A stretch of 64,000 nt of DNA. Origin: Obrimoposthia wandeli. Taxonomy: Eukaryota. The stretch is taken from the NCBI GenBank assembly GCA_977020255.1, contig CDROCS010001566.1, positions 62,001 to 126,000 of the forward strand, given 5' to 3'. The position numbers were made by a program, and so were the translations under genes. Positions 33,961 through 44,600 of the stretch are shown piece after piece; position 1 is the stretch's first letter, and every line of letters starts with the position of its first letter. The notes below the pieces were generated by a model. The model had not been told where the DNA came from. It worked only from the letters and a program-made list of their open reading frames with translations, and ran no database searches.

Positions 33961-35186
33961 GTTGCGCCAAAACCGAATTGTGTATTTTTGATAAACCACT
34001 TCCACAAGTAGTTGTAGATAATGCTTCCTTTGAAGAAATATTTCTAGTTAACTCAGTTTCAGGAACCACTTTAACCGATTTAGAATTTAATATTAATGGT
34101 TCCAATAGGGAATATTTAGATTTGAATGATACTTTGCTTTATGTTCAAATAAAAGTATTAAATCGGGATGGTACTAATTTAGAGGAAAATTCCGATGTAA
34201 CACCTGTAAATTATCTCTTTAATTCTTTATTTAGTGTTGCCATTGTTACTCTAAATAATGTCAAAATTGAAGGTGGAAATTATTCCTATGCTCATAAAGC
34301 TTTGATTGAACGTCTTTTGAATTATAGTACTGATACTCAAAATACTAATTTGGCAACCATTGGTTATGATAAAACAGTTGCAACTCGCAAAGAATGGATT
34401 GCGGGTTCTAAAGCTTACGAAATGTGTGGGTCTTTGAGATTAAATTTCTTTGAACAACCGAAATATTTAATTCCCGGTGTTAATGTACATCTTCGTTTGA
34501 AACGTAATAAATGGAATTTTTCTTTGATAAGCACAGACGTTCTAAAACCTAGACTTGATATTTTGGATGCAAAATTGTATATCCGAAGAGTTAAAACGGA
34601 GCAATCAGTTTTAATGGCATCTAATATAGGAATGGAAAAAAACAATGCTTGTTATCCTATTAGAGAAACTAAACTTATATCCTATTCTTTAGGTACGGGT
34701 ACACAAGCTTTTCATAAGAATCAAATATTTGGTGATGTAAGAATACCGAAATTCATTTTAATTTCTTTTCAAATAACTGCAAAATTTCTAGGAAATTATA
34801 CGACAGATGCAACTCAATTTGACAATCTTAATGTAGGTTCAGTGACACTTTCAAGAAATACTGATTATCGCGAAACATATAAAACAGATTTCGAAGGTAA
34901 CGCTTATGCTTTGGCTTATACGCAATCTTTTATTCGGAATTTGGGTCAACTAGATAAAAATATAAACAATGGTATTTCTTTCACTGACTTTAAAACTGGC
35001 TGCCCGTTCTTCACATTTGTTTTGGCACCAGACTTTGATATAAACCAATGCCAACTACCAAAGGATGGAAATTTACGACTAGAAATTAAGTTCAATGCAG
35101 CTTTAACACATCCTACTACGGTTCTTATTTACGGAGTGTTTGATTCGGAAATACAAATCAATAAAAACAGAACTGTCATATTATAG
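33957..35186 (+). CDS. PY: Major capsid protein (double jelly roll), 409 aa, open ORF
   Basis: CAKTELCIF..P.PQ, LEFNING...YLDLNDTLLYVQIK, ERLLNYS, QPKYLIPGV and LRLEIKF..AL......IY. Confidence 0.95.
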   Translation: MSCAKTELCIFDKPLPQVVVDNASFEEIFLVNSVSGTTLTDLEFNINGSNREYLDLNDTLLYVQIKVLNRDGTNLEENSDVTPVNYLFNSLFSVAIVTLNNVKIEGGNYSYAHKALIERLLNYSTDTQNTNLATIGYDKTVATRKEWIAGSKAYEMCGSLRLNFFEQPKYLIPGVNVHLRLKRNKWNFSLISTDVLKPRLDILDAKLYIRRVKTEQSVLMASNIGMEKNNACYPIRETKLISYSLGTGTQAFHKNQIFGDVRIPKFILISFQITAKFLGNYTTDATQFDNLNVGSVTLSRNTDYRETYKTDFEGNAYALAYTQSFIRNLGQLDKNINNGISFTDFKTGCPFFTFVLAPDFDINQCQLPKDGNLRLEIKFNAALTHPTTVLIYGVFDSEIQINKNRTVIL

Positions 35187-35187
35187 A

Positions 35188-35552
35188 ATGAAGTAAGACA
35201 TTTTTAAAATTTATATTTATTATTTTTTATTTAGTTCAGTACAAGTACAAGAATCAGCATAAAGGTCCTGGGTGATAAATTCAATGGAGTTTATCCAATT
35301 GATATGATCCCATTTTTTCAATCTGGAGGTTACATTATCAATACTCATACTTCGAATTTACCGGGAGAACATTGGATAGCTATTTATGTTAGAGAGTGGA
35401 CAATACATGTATTTGATCCACTTACAATGTATTATCCACATAAAATTGTTTCAACTATTCAAAAAGGATGAAGAAGAGTATTTTACAACAAGATACAATA
35501 TCAGGATCCTGCAACGAGAAACTGTGGAAATTTATGTATTTTATGGTTATCG
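35188..35552 (+). pseudogene. PRO: Adenain-like cysteine protease with a 42-nt intron (35193-35234), a 1-nt deletion and one TGA
   Basis: FNGVYPID, IINTHTSNLPGEHWIAI, VFDP and QYQDPATRNCG (His/Asp/Gln/Cys). ATGAA|GTAAGA..TTTAG|T gives MNSVQVQESA. Confidence 0.9.
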
Positions 35553-35829
35553 TTGCAAAACGATTAGTGTGTTATAAAAATAAATATTTTAAATGTTTTA
35601 TTTTGAATTATTTTTTTTAAATCCCTAAAAAATATAAGGTAAAATAATAAAAGACATAAGACGAATTTTTTTTAATACATTTATTAAACACAACATCACA
35701 ATGAGATCTGTCAGCAAAGATAAGGCCCAACCTAAAAATGTATTGAAATAACAAAAAGTTAGAGTCAATGTGCCATAGGGATCTAAAATTTTAAAAATTA
35801 AACTAAAAAAATCAAAAAATGAAAACCGT

Positions 35830-38800
35830 TTAAATTCGGAAGTGTCCATAAGCCAGGCTAGCGTTCTTTTCTACTTAAAAGCGCTTGTCGTCATTACTAC
35901 TCAAAGCGATTTTGGTTGATTTATGGGAATACAGTTGATGGGCTCTTGAAATAAATCTAGTTTGCTCAACGCTTTCAATACACCCAGTATCATAAACATT
36001 CCGGTAGGCCCCATGTGTAAGATTGTTTCTTCCCACACCCTTTGCTCTCATTGAACATGTATTATTAGATGCATGTAAACTGTAGCATTTAGGGCGTAGG
36101 AAAATACAATCCTCATACGAAACCTGTCCCTCGCTTTCATCTTTAAATTTCCCGATAATATATTTTAAACCCATAGAGTGTAGAGGATGGTTAGCGGGGT
36201 ATTTATGGGTATCTAGTAAGTTGTCCCTAAACATTGTTGGTAATAATTGATTATTTAAACTAACATTCCTACATTCTAAAAAGAAAGAGTCAGTGTCCCC
36301 AGCTGTGAATTTGATCTCACAATTGAATTCTTGTCGATATTTCTCTAATTCTATGTATTGAAGCTCGTACATTCTGAGTTTAGAAATGCCTAAAACCGTT
36401 TGACCTATATAACTCGGTCGATCGAGACAAATACTCTGTTTTCCTAATAACACTGCTACCAAGTCATTTGCAATTGTAAAACTACGATTGAAGTTGTACT
36501 TGCTAGTATATGTTATTAGTTTACGCTCATCATTGCAAAACCGTAGACAAATACGTTTCCGCAAGTCCTCTACTGTTTTTCCAAAGAGACTATTACTTTT
36601 TAATTTATAAATATCCCGATCGAATTTGCTAGTGGCCAAATTACGTTTTCTAGAATTCTTCTCAATATAGTCTTTAAACACAAAGTGTTGACTGAAGCTT
36701 ATAGCACGATGAATTCAAGTGACTTTCGCTTCCAACTTAAAGTAGAATTGAAGAAGCCGCCAATGCACTACATAATTCAGCTTATCTTCATGTGTTAACA
36801 ATAATTTCTTAACCTTTGAATTAGGTGGACATTGATGAACAGGCGCTACTGGAAGATCATTTAATTTATCATGCACATTGGGAGGGATTTTTAAGTCAAC
36901 CTCAACCAAATAGCCGACGTCAGCTGAAACTGTATCAACAGTAGCCAAATCTGTCATCAACTTATTCAACTCTTCCTCATCATAAACCCACTTAAAGTTG
37001 GCATGAGGTAGAGGTTGAGTAAGCGCCCACCCATACAAATTATTGATGTCGATGTACAGAATCTCCGTGGATTGATTTTTGACAACATGATGTTTGTTGA
37101 CAAAAGTCATTCCACCGCGTATACCATAATCATACATTTGATACATCGCGGGATCTTGCAGTAACTCGATATTAATTTCAAGAGTTTTATTGCCGTTGCC
37201 CATGAAAGACCAGGTAAACTAAAGATATGCATGGGATCTAGCCCATCTTCTGCTAAAGATTTTACACGAAAGGACTCAAAAACATCAGCTAAAAGATAAA
37301 TGTCTAACTTCATATAATAAAGCATATATTCTAAAAAATTTCGACAATTATTCGCCCAAAATGTACGGGCCTCATTATAGTCTTGAAGACTTACATCCTC
37401 AAATTCAGTTATGGATGAGATTTCAGTAGTATTTTCAAAATCTGCAAAGGTTTTCGCAAATTTATACGGAAAAATCCCCTTATCATTAACCGAAGCTGAG
37501 AACACTGACTGTGTGATTGACCATGCATTTAAAGATGCCGTTAAATTTTTTAAAGACCCACTCAAAACCTGCAGAGAATCTATGAATCTTAAACTGCAGA
37601 ATTCAGTATATGCAGTTACAGATAAATATTTCTCTGAAGTTTGAGGTATACATGAAATTTCCCAAGAGCTTAATGTACCAAACGCATATTTAAGTATATG
37701 ATGCAAATCATATCCTTTGAGGTTATGAAACACGATGGGAATGCGTGGTTTTTTAGGGAGACGACAGCCAAGGTCACAGAGGTTGCACGCCGCTCCCAAG
37801 TATCGCCCCGTAACATGATCGTAATCTCTGACTAACTTAGACTGGGTTCCACACAAATAACATAATCTACAAGAATTAAAATTAACCCAGTCTATGCCTG
37901 TCATGATCATTGCTTGATGAGCATTAAGATCATACCACTGTTTGACAATTGTTGTTCCTAATTCTTCTAATTTCAACATAAAATCTAAAATACAATTTTG
38001 ACCGGAAAATTTATGATACTGTATAATATTGGGGCCTAAGAATAGTAGTCCTGCCGAAGCCGGTAGGTGAATACTCTCATACTGGTCGTGCAATGCTAAA
38101 ATTGACTCAAAATCTGCATACACCCTGAATTCCACGGGTATGCATTTTGCCCAATCCCTGAATTTTAAATCCTTATCCTTAGGCATGCTGTATAGCGTAT
38201 TGTCATCAGGATTCAGTGAACATAATGTCAGATATTTGCTGTAAGAGAGCTCGGATCGGAATCCATGTAAACATCTATGACACCACTAACACTTTATCCT
38301 AACCGGTAAGGCTCCATTATATAAATTTAGAAGACGATCTAAATTGGGAATTGTAGCATAATGGAATTTTTTATTATGTTCGAGCAAAATTAAGTTGACC
38401 TGAGTCCCCTCATCTTTGCTCCTATAAATTACATCTACAAAAGGATTTTGAAAAATTTCTTCATCTGTTACATTAACTGGGATATCAGTATTATATTTAA
38501 ATACATTAATACTCAATTTATTAAGGTGTTCAATTCTTGATATCGCAGTTAATTTAACAGGAAAATCTATTCCAAGATACTGCAATTCATTTAAAAAAGG
38601 GGTATATTTACTGACACGCTCTCTATGCTCAGTAATTACATCCCTTTTGAGGATGGCCAACACGCTATACATAAAGCAAAGGTTATCACTGTTTTGTACG
38701 TTAACAATGGAACGTGAAAGTTGAAGAGATCTAGGCGAAGGAATGTATGAACTCCCCGAAAGATATATCATGTCAGTGAACTTTGTTAGAACAAAGGTAA

Positions 38801-39203
38801 CATCGTGAATTCTAACTAGAGTCCATCCACTATTTAAACCGCTATAATTAGCAATTTTTTCATCTAGGTTTCTTCCAATTTCAGTTACAAAATTATCATA
38901 GAAAACAGTTGCTTTATGTAAAATTACCCAAGTTTTAGTCTCCTCATTGACATTTTTAAACTGCACTGTTGCGCAAATTTGAACCTTAGCCTGTTCTAAT
39001 TTAGTCACTTCTGATTTTAAAAGATTTTCAATATTTGAATCTACACCTACGTTTAATAAACTTTTATTTCCTAATGGCACCTTAACTATAACATATTTAT
39101 TATTTAGGTGATACTCTATAGTAGCACCGTTTTCTCTACGTTTTTTTGGTGGAACTTTATTAAGAAATTGGCCTCGCCTCTTTTTACCTACATTCACTGA
39201 CAA
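35830..39203 (-). pseudogene. POLB: Protein-primed DNA polymerase B (TAG 38286, frameshift near 37190, TGA 36715, TAA 35875)
   Basis: VYADFES, RDYDHVTG, FHNLKGYD, FIDS, GIRGG, YIDINNLYG, KLKSNSLFGK, GDTDSFF, RPKCY and DDKR..AYGH; the four ORF-track pieces join through three in-frame stops and one frameshift. Confidence 0.97.
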
Positions 39204-39700
39204 ACCTCCCCCTAATTGAACGGGAAGACAACTAGTTATATTAATAGCAGCTGAGGTGGAAGGTGCTGCTAATGGTGATGCTGCTGATGTTGAGGCAATC
39301 GCAGCTGTAGTAGTATATGATGCTGTAGTAGATGCTACCGCAGATGATGAGACAGTAGATGCTGCATTTGAAGTAGGAGTAGCTGAGGTAGGAGTTGACC
39401 TTACCGATGAAGAAGCGGCTGTTGCAGAAATTGAGGCTGCTGAAATAAATATATTAAAAAATAAATATAATTTTAAAAATTATTACCTCCAGGCGTGCTA
39501 ACATCGATGTAGGCACTCGCGATGGTGGAGGCATAGCTGTCGTAGCAGATGACGGCTGTATCAAGGTACTTCCTGAAGAAAAAAAAATATAGATATAATA
39601 AAAAATAAAATATATATAATTACAATTTTAAAAAAATAAATAAAAAAAACCTAATGAAGGCAATCTAACTGTAGCTGGTTGGAAGTCCCAAAGAAAGTGT
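39204..39700 (-). other. Putative spliced Ser/Thr/Ala-rich N-terminal extension of pPolB (candidate introns 39440-39486 and 39573-39650)
   Basis: The frame is open upstream of 39203 (AASISATAASSS...QLGGGLS). Two AT-rich GT..AG blocks separate GC-richer segments. Frame continuity across exons is ambiguous. Confidence 0.5.
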
Positions 39701-40907
39701 TTGCTTATATACTAAAATTTATGCACACATGCTCTTTTCTTATTGGATGAAAAATTGATTTTATTCCTCCACTGAGAAGGATTGTTTATCTGTTATTGGT
39801 TGATAATATTATTTTTAATATTTTTTATTCCTCCAATTAAAAGGCTTATTTGTAATTGGATGAAAAATTTATTTTAAAAATAATGAATTTCTCCAATTAG
39901 AAGAATTGTTTATCTACATGTCAAATAATAATAAGATAGACTTAAACATTTTTTATATGCGCAATGGTCACCATGACTACGACATGGACAGCAAATATTT
40001 CGTGGAATTTCAAGGTACTTCTTGAAGAAAAAAAAATATAGATATAATAAAAAATAAAATATATATAATTACAATTTTAAAAAAATAAATAAAAAAAACC
40101 TAATGAAGGCAATCTAACTGTAGCTGGTTGGAAGTCCCAAAGAAAGTGTTTGCTTATATACTAAAATTTATGCACACATGCTCTTTTCTTATTGGATGAA
40201 AAATTGATTTTATTCCTCCACTGAGAAGGATTGTTTATCTGTTATTGGTTGATAATATTATTTTTAATATTTTTTATTCCTCCAATTAAAAGGCTTATTT
40301 GTAATTGGATGAAAAATTTATTTTAAAAATAATGAATTTCTCCAATTAGAAGAATTGTTTATCTACATGTCAAATAATAATAAGATAGACTTAAACATTT
40401 TTTATATGCGCAATGGTCACCATGACTACGACATGGACAGCAAATATTTCGTGGAATTTCAAGGTACTTCTTGAAGAAAAAAAAATATAGATATAATAAA
40501 AAATAAAATATATATAATTACAATTTTAAAAAAATAAATAAAAAAAACCTAATGAAGGCAATCTAACTGTAGCTGGTTGGAAGTCCCAAAGAAAGTGTTT
40601 GCTTATATACTAAAATTTATGCACACATGCTCTTTTCTTATTGGATGAAAAATTGATTTTATTCCTCCACTGAGAAGGATTGTTTATCTGTTATTGGTTG
40701 ATAATATTATTTTTAATATTTTTTATTCCTCCAATTAAAAGGCTTATTTGTAATTGGATGAAAAATTTATTTTAAAAATAATGAATTTCTCCAATTAGAA
40801 GAATTGTTTATCTACATGTCAAATAATAATAAGATAGACTTAAACATTTTTTATATGCGCAATGGTCACCATGACTACGATATGGACAGCAAATATTTCG
40901 TGGAATT
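39561..40907. repeat. Near-perfect tandem triplication of a 449-bp unit containing the pPolB promoter
   Basis: Units start at 39561, 40010 and 40459; I saw only two single-base differences. Confidence 0.95.
39700..39900. promoter_or_regulatory. CCAAT-rich divergent promoter (first of three copies)
   Basis: ATTGG at 39742, 39795 and 39855; CCAAT at 39833 and 39893; minus-strand TATATAA at about 39705-39711. Confidence 0.6.
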
Positions 40908-41640
40908 TTTAATAGATGATCACGAGAAATATTTAAAGTATTCAACCTCAATTTGGGAAAATATATTTTTAAAGTCTTATACTTTTTGCCATCCATTTCA
41001 TCTAAAACATAAAAAATTCCATTTTCAATATCAAAATTAGATTTTATTATATCGAAAATACATATTTCAAAAAAAGCCTTATGACCTTCTTTCCATTTTA
41101 ATAAATGGAAATAATTAGTTAGATATAAATTAGTAAATTTTTATTTATAATCTAAACTTCTAAATGGGATATTTATATTTATATGAAATGCAAAGGATGA
41201 AAAACGTCGCATACATCCATAATACATAATTCTTTTATAATATGATCACCATTTTTGTTAACGAAAGCCTCAAAATCTATGATGTATTCCTGCATAATTA
41301 CCCAAATTTGTATCCAATCCCTTTGTTTATAACGAATAAAAAAATCATTAATCAAAAATTTATTAAAATAACAAATCAGGATTCAGTCTTTCATGTTAAG
41401 ATTGGTATATATTGTCAATTATCCTATGAATATAAAATAAATTATATTAAACATACCTAAATATTTCGAAATTAAATTACATATTTTATCTTCAATGATT
41501 TCCGGACTATTATTTTCTGAAAAGTAATTTTTTTTATAATCTTCCTTTAAATCTGGAGATAATTTTATGTATAATTTATTCCAATTTTTATTATCCATTT
41601 TACAAAAAACATTATATAAATTTATTTATATTTAGACAAT
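40817..41640 (+). pseudogene. Degraded hypothetical Polinton accessory gene
   Basis: ATG TCA AAT start, open for about 75 codons, then stop-interrupted pieces including ORF 41242-41460; its 5' end is duplicated in the 449-bp repeats. Confidence 0.45.
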
Positions 41641-41713
41641 TATGTAACATAATAAATAAAGACAAAATAATATTCAAAAAATTAATTTTTTTGTGGAAGG
41701 ACCCTCTACCTGT

Positions 41714-41998
41714 TTAATCTGGAGGATTCTCTTTCTTGCTACTCGCCGAACATCCTCCACCTCTTCTTTTTTCATCCACCTTCCTTTTTTCCAATTCGAT
41801 CTTCTTGTTCCACTCCACGCACCGACGTCGTTCTGCTAGCCGCCTATCTTGTATCTCCACCCGGCGATTCCACTCGGTCGCGACAGCAGCATACAAATTT
41901 TGATTGAGGACCCTCTTTCTTAAGTCTCCTTTCTTCTCATTTATTCTGATGTTTGCTTCCATCTTCGTTACCAAACCTTGCAATTTAATGAATTCCAT
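41714..41998 (-). CDS. Hypothetical 94-aa charged, coiled-coil-like protein
   Basis: Intact ATG ORF, R/K/E-rich; TATA-like tract at about 42030 and CCAAT at 42168 upstream. Confidence 0.65.
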   Translation of the reverse strand: MEFIKLQGLVTKMEANIRINEKKGDLRKRVLNQNLYAAVATEWNRRVEIQDRRLAERRRCVEWNKKIELEKRKVDEKRRGGGCSASSKKENPPD

Positions 41999-42454
41999 TT
42001 TTAATTATGAAGAGGTTAATAAATTTGAACCTATATATATAAATTTAAGATATTTTTAATTCAATCACAGGCAATTAAACGATATATTTTTATTTATCAA
42101 ATTAGAGTTTAATAAATCATTGCATTTATATTTAATCCTAAAATAATTTAAATGATTCCTTATTAATCCAATCACAGTCGAATAAATTTACTATTTTTTT
42201 CTTCTTAATATTTTAATGTTAAATAAATATTAAGAAGAAAACACATGAAATTAATTTTTATAAATTATATTCTTAAAAATCTTTACAAAGTAAAAAAAAA
42301 ACTAGCCTTTTGAATGTATCTGGATATAAATTTCTCGCGTACAATTATTCACGCCCGCAGGTATTGTCATATACAATTTTTCGCGACCCTGTATATATAT
42401 GTATTGCTCGTCAAACCACCGCGGGCCCGGAGGGCACGCGTTGGCCCCTTAGAC

Positions 42455-42633
42455 GGCCTCTCAGGACCTTCTTCACGTTTTTGGGAGCACTATGAGATTT
42501 TCAATTTTAAAGGGTATTATATGGGGTTAATTAGTTTTTTTTGAGTGTTGGGGGGGGGGAAGGGGTAGAAAATTTATCTTTACACACATGCACGAAATTA
42601 AACTCCACACACGCACGGTTTAAAAGGACAGTG
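42455..42633 (-). repeat. Right TIR/subterminal region, terminal ~34 bp missing
   Basis: Reverse complement matches 27875-27930 and 50-215. Confidence 0.9.
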
Positions 42634-43449
42634 GGGGAGATGGCTTTGTTTTAATTGTTTAATAATTTAAGAGTACATAATTTGTCTTTGTGTGTAAGAA
42701 AGTAATGAAACCAGAACTTATTTGTCATTCAATCATTTTTAATTTAAAAATACAATAAGCTAATTGATGTGATTATATTGTTTAAATTTAAAAATTAAAC
42801 AAACAAATTAAACGCTAAAAACGCTACTTAAGTTGACTCTCATAATCTTGAACAATTTAACGAATAAGAAATAACTTTTAGAAAAAGAATATTTACAACC
42901 TGAAGTAGAAATTTATAATTAAATTTTAAAATTTAAGAAAATAATAGGCTTGTTTAATGTTTAGATAGAAACATTGTATTGCTGATAGACAGATTAAATA
43001 AAGCACATTTCTGTATTAAATATATGTTTAATGAAAGGTATATAAAATTTTAATATTTTTTCATACATTAAGATTTTTGTTGTTGAATTAAGTGTATTTT
43101 AAAGTAATTTAAATCCATCTTGTTTTTAATTTTAAAAATCATTTTTTCAATTAAACACAAAATGTAGTTTACACATTATTTTTATTGGAAAATTTAAGAA
43201 AACGATTTTGTGAAAGAAAATAGAAAATTAAAACTCAAACAGAATTAAATAGAAAACTGTCTGTTTATTTGGTATAAGTCATTAAGTCATTAAATATCAA
43301 ACCAATGTGCCGAATCTGTAATCAACTACAGTTTTCAAGTACAACTTTACAAGACATCACATGGTAAAACATCAAACTTTTGTAAATACCTACCCATTAT
43401 TGTCAGAGGCCAGGCAAATAAAGCTGAAGTAGGTGATGTTTTCGAATTT

Positions 43450-43675
43450 AGGTAATAATGGCACAGGTAAAAATGGTACAAATAAAAAAAGGAAGGAAAT
43501 GGCACAAGAAAAAAAACTTAACCAATGACAACTAAATCAGGATTAGAGTTACTGGTTTGAAATTTATTTTATTCAGGATTTATTAAAAAGATAAAGTGTG
43601 GTTTTTTTTCGTTCTGCCATTTTTTTCTTACTTATGCCATTTTACCGTTTCCTTTTTACCTGTGCCGTTATAACT
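43450..43675. mobile_element. MITE-like inverted repeat
   Basis: TAATGGCACAGGTAAAAATGG vs CCTTTTTACCTGTGCCGTTA. Confidence 0.5.
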
Positions 43676-43859
43676 GAGTTCCGACATTTTCATATGAGAA
43701 AGGGTTTTTTCTTTGAACATTTATTTGTATTCTCTATTTTATTTTCCTTCATGTAGTTCACTTAATGGTAAGTTACAAACATAACTTGAGAGAGCAACAG
43801 CTGCGTCTTTCCATGTAACCAGAATTTTTAAAAAAGAAAACGTTCATGGATACAGAAGT

Positions 43860-44600
43860 TCTCAGTAGTGTAGGCCTAGATGAAAATACAACATTTACCG
43901 TTTGCCCTGCAGTTCAACAAGTTCCACTAACAGATACTACCACAATTCTAAGAGTAAAACGTTTGGAAAATTATGTTTTTGAAACTTTTAAATCCCATCT
44001 TCAAAATGTTACTTTTCATTAGCAGTTGATGAAAGTACAGATAAAAGTGACGTTTCGCATCTGCGTATATATAAGATATCTAGATGAAGTTTTGTTAAAT
44101 AATATTCAATATATTTTTAAAACGAATGATATTGGCATTGCCAAGGTCTCACCTTTGGTTACTAATAGCGATATGTATAATGACGGGCAAAGCTATTCTA
44201 GAAAATACCATCAAAATTATAAATCTTAAACCGTCAACATCAAGTCTACATCATCGCTTATTCAGACAATTAAAATTGGATCAAACAGCAGAATATCAGG
44301 ACTAATTATTTTACAATAATCTAGAAGAGCAGTGGAACAATTTGAAAAATTGAAAGAAATATTAATGTTTCATGATGAAATATATACGAAAATTGCCGAG
44401 TCTTAAAAATTTGACCAATGACAATACCTATTATGGAGATATTTGTTTATTGCGTGGCATTTTTGAACATCTAAATATCCTGAATCTTCAATTGCAGAGC
44501 AGAAGTAATTTGACTTGGTTGAAAATTTCAATAGAATTCATAAGAAAATTGCTATATTCATAGTTCATCTGTTTTGGAATTTCAGTACACATTTGAGTTA
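43860..44600 (+). pseudogene. hAT (Charlie-like) transposase relic
   Basis: FSLAVDESTDKSDVSHLRIY (DESTD motif) and GIFEHLNILNLQLQS. Confidence 0.75.

Larger units (their letters stand above)
27841..42633. mobile_element. Polinton/Maverick 2 (adintovirus-like), near full length
   Basis: 5'-AGT terminus, TIRs and the complete core gene set (pPolB, INT, ATPase, PRO, MCP, mCP). The right terminal ~34 bp is missing, so no TSD could be found. Confidence 0.97.

Noticed and set aside
30418-39203. Stop-codon reassignment or programmed readthrough explaining the in-frame stops in Polinton genes
   Set aside because: The stops are a mix of TAA, TAG and TGA at positions expected to be K, E or W, and occur alongside 1-nt frameshifts; this fits ordinary decay
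39256-39501. Plus-strand Ala/Asp/Val-rich ORF
   Set aside because: Antisense shadow of the Ser/Thr/Ala-rich pPolB leader; starts at GTG and runs into intron-like AT sequence
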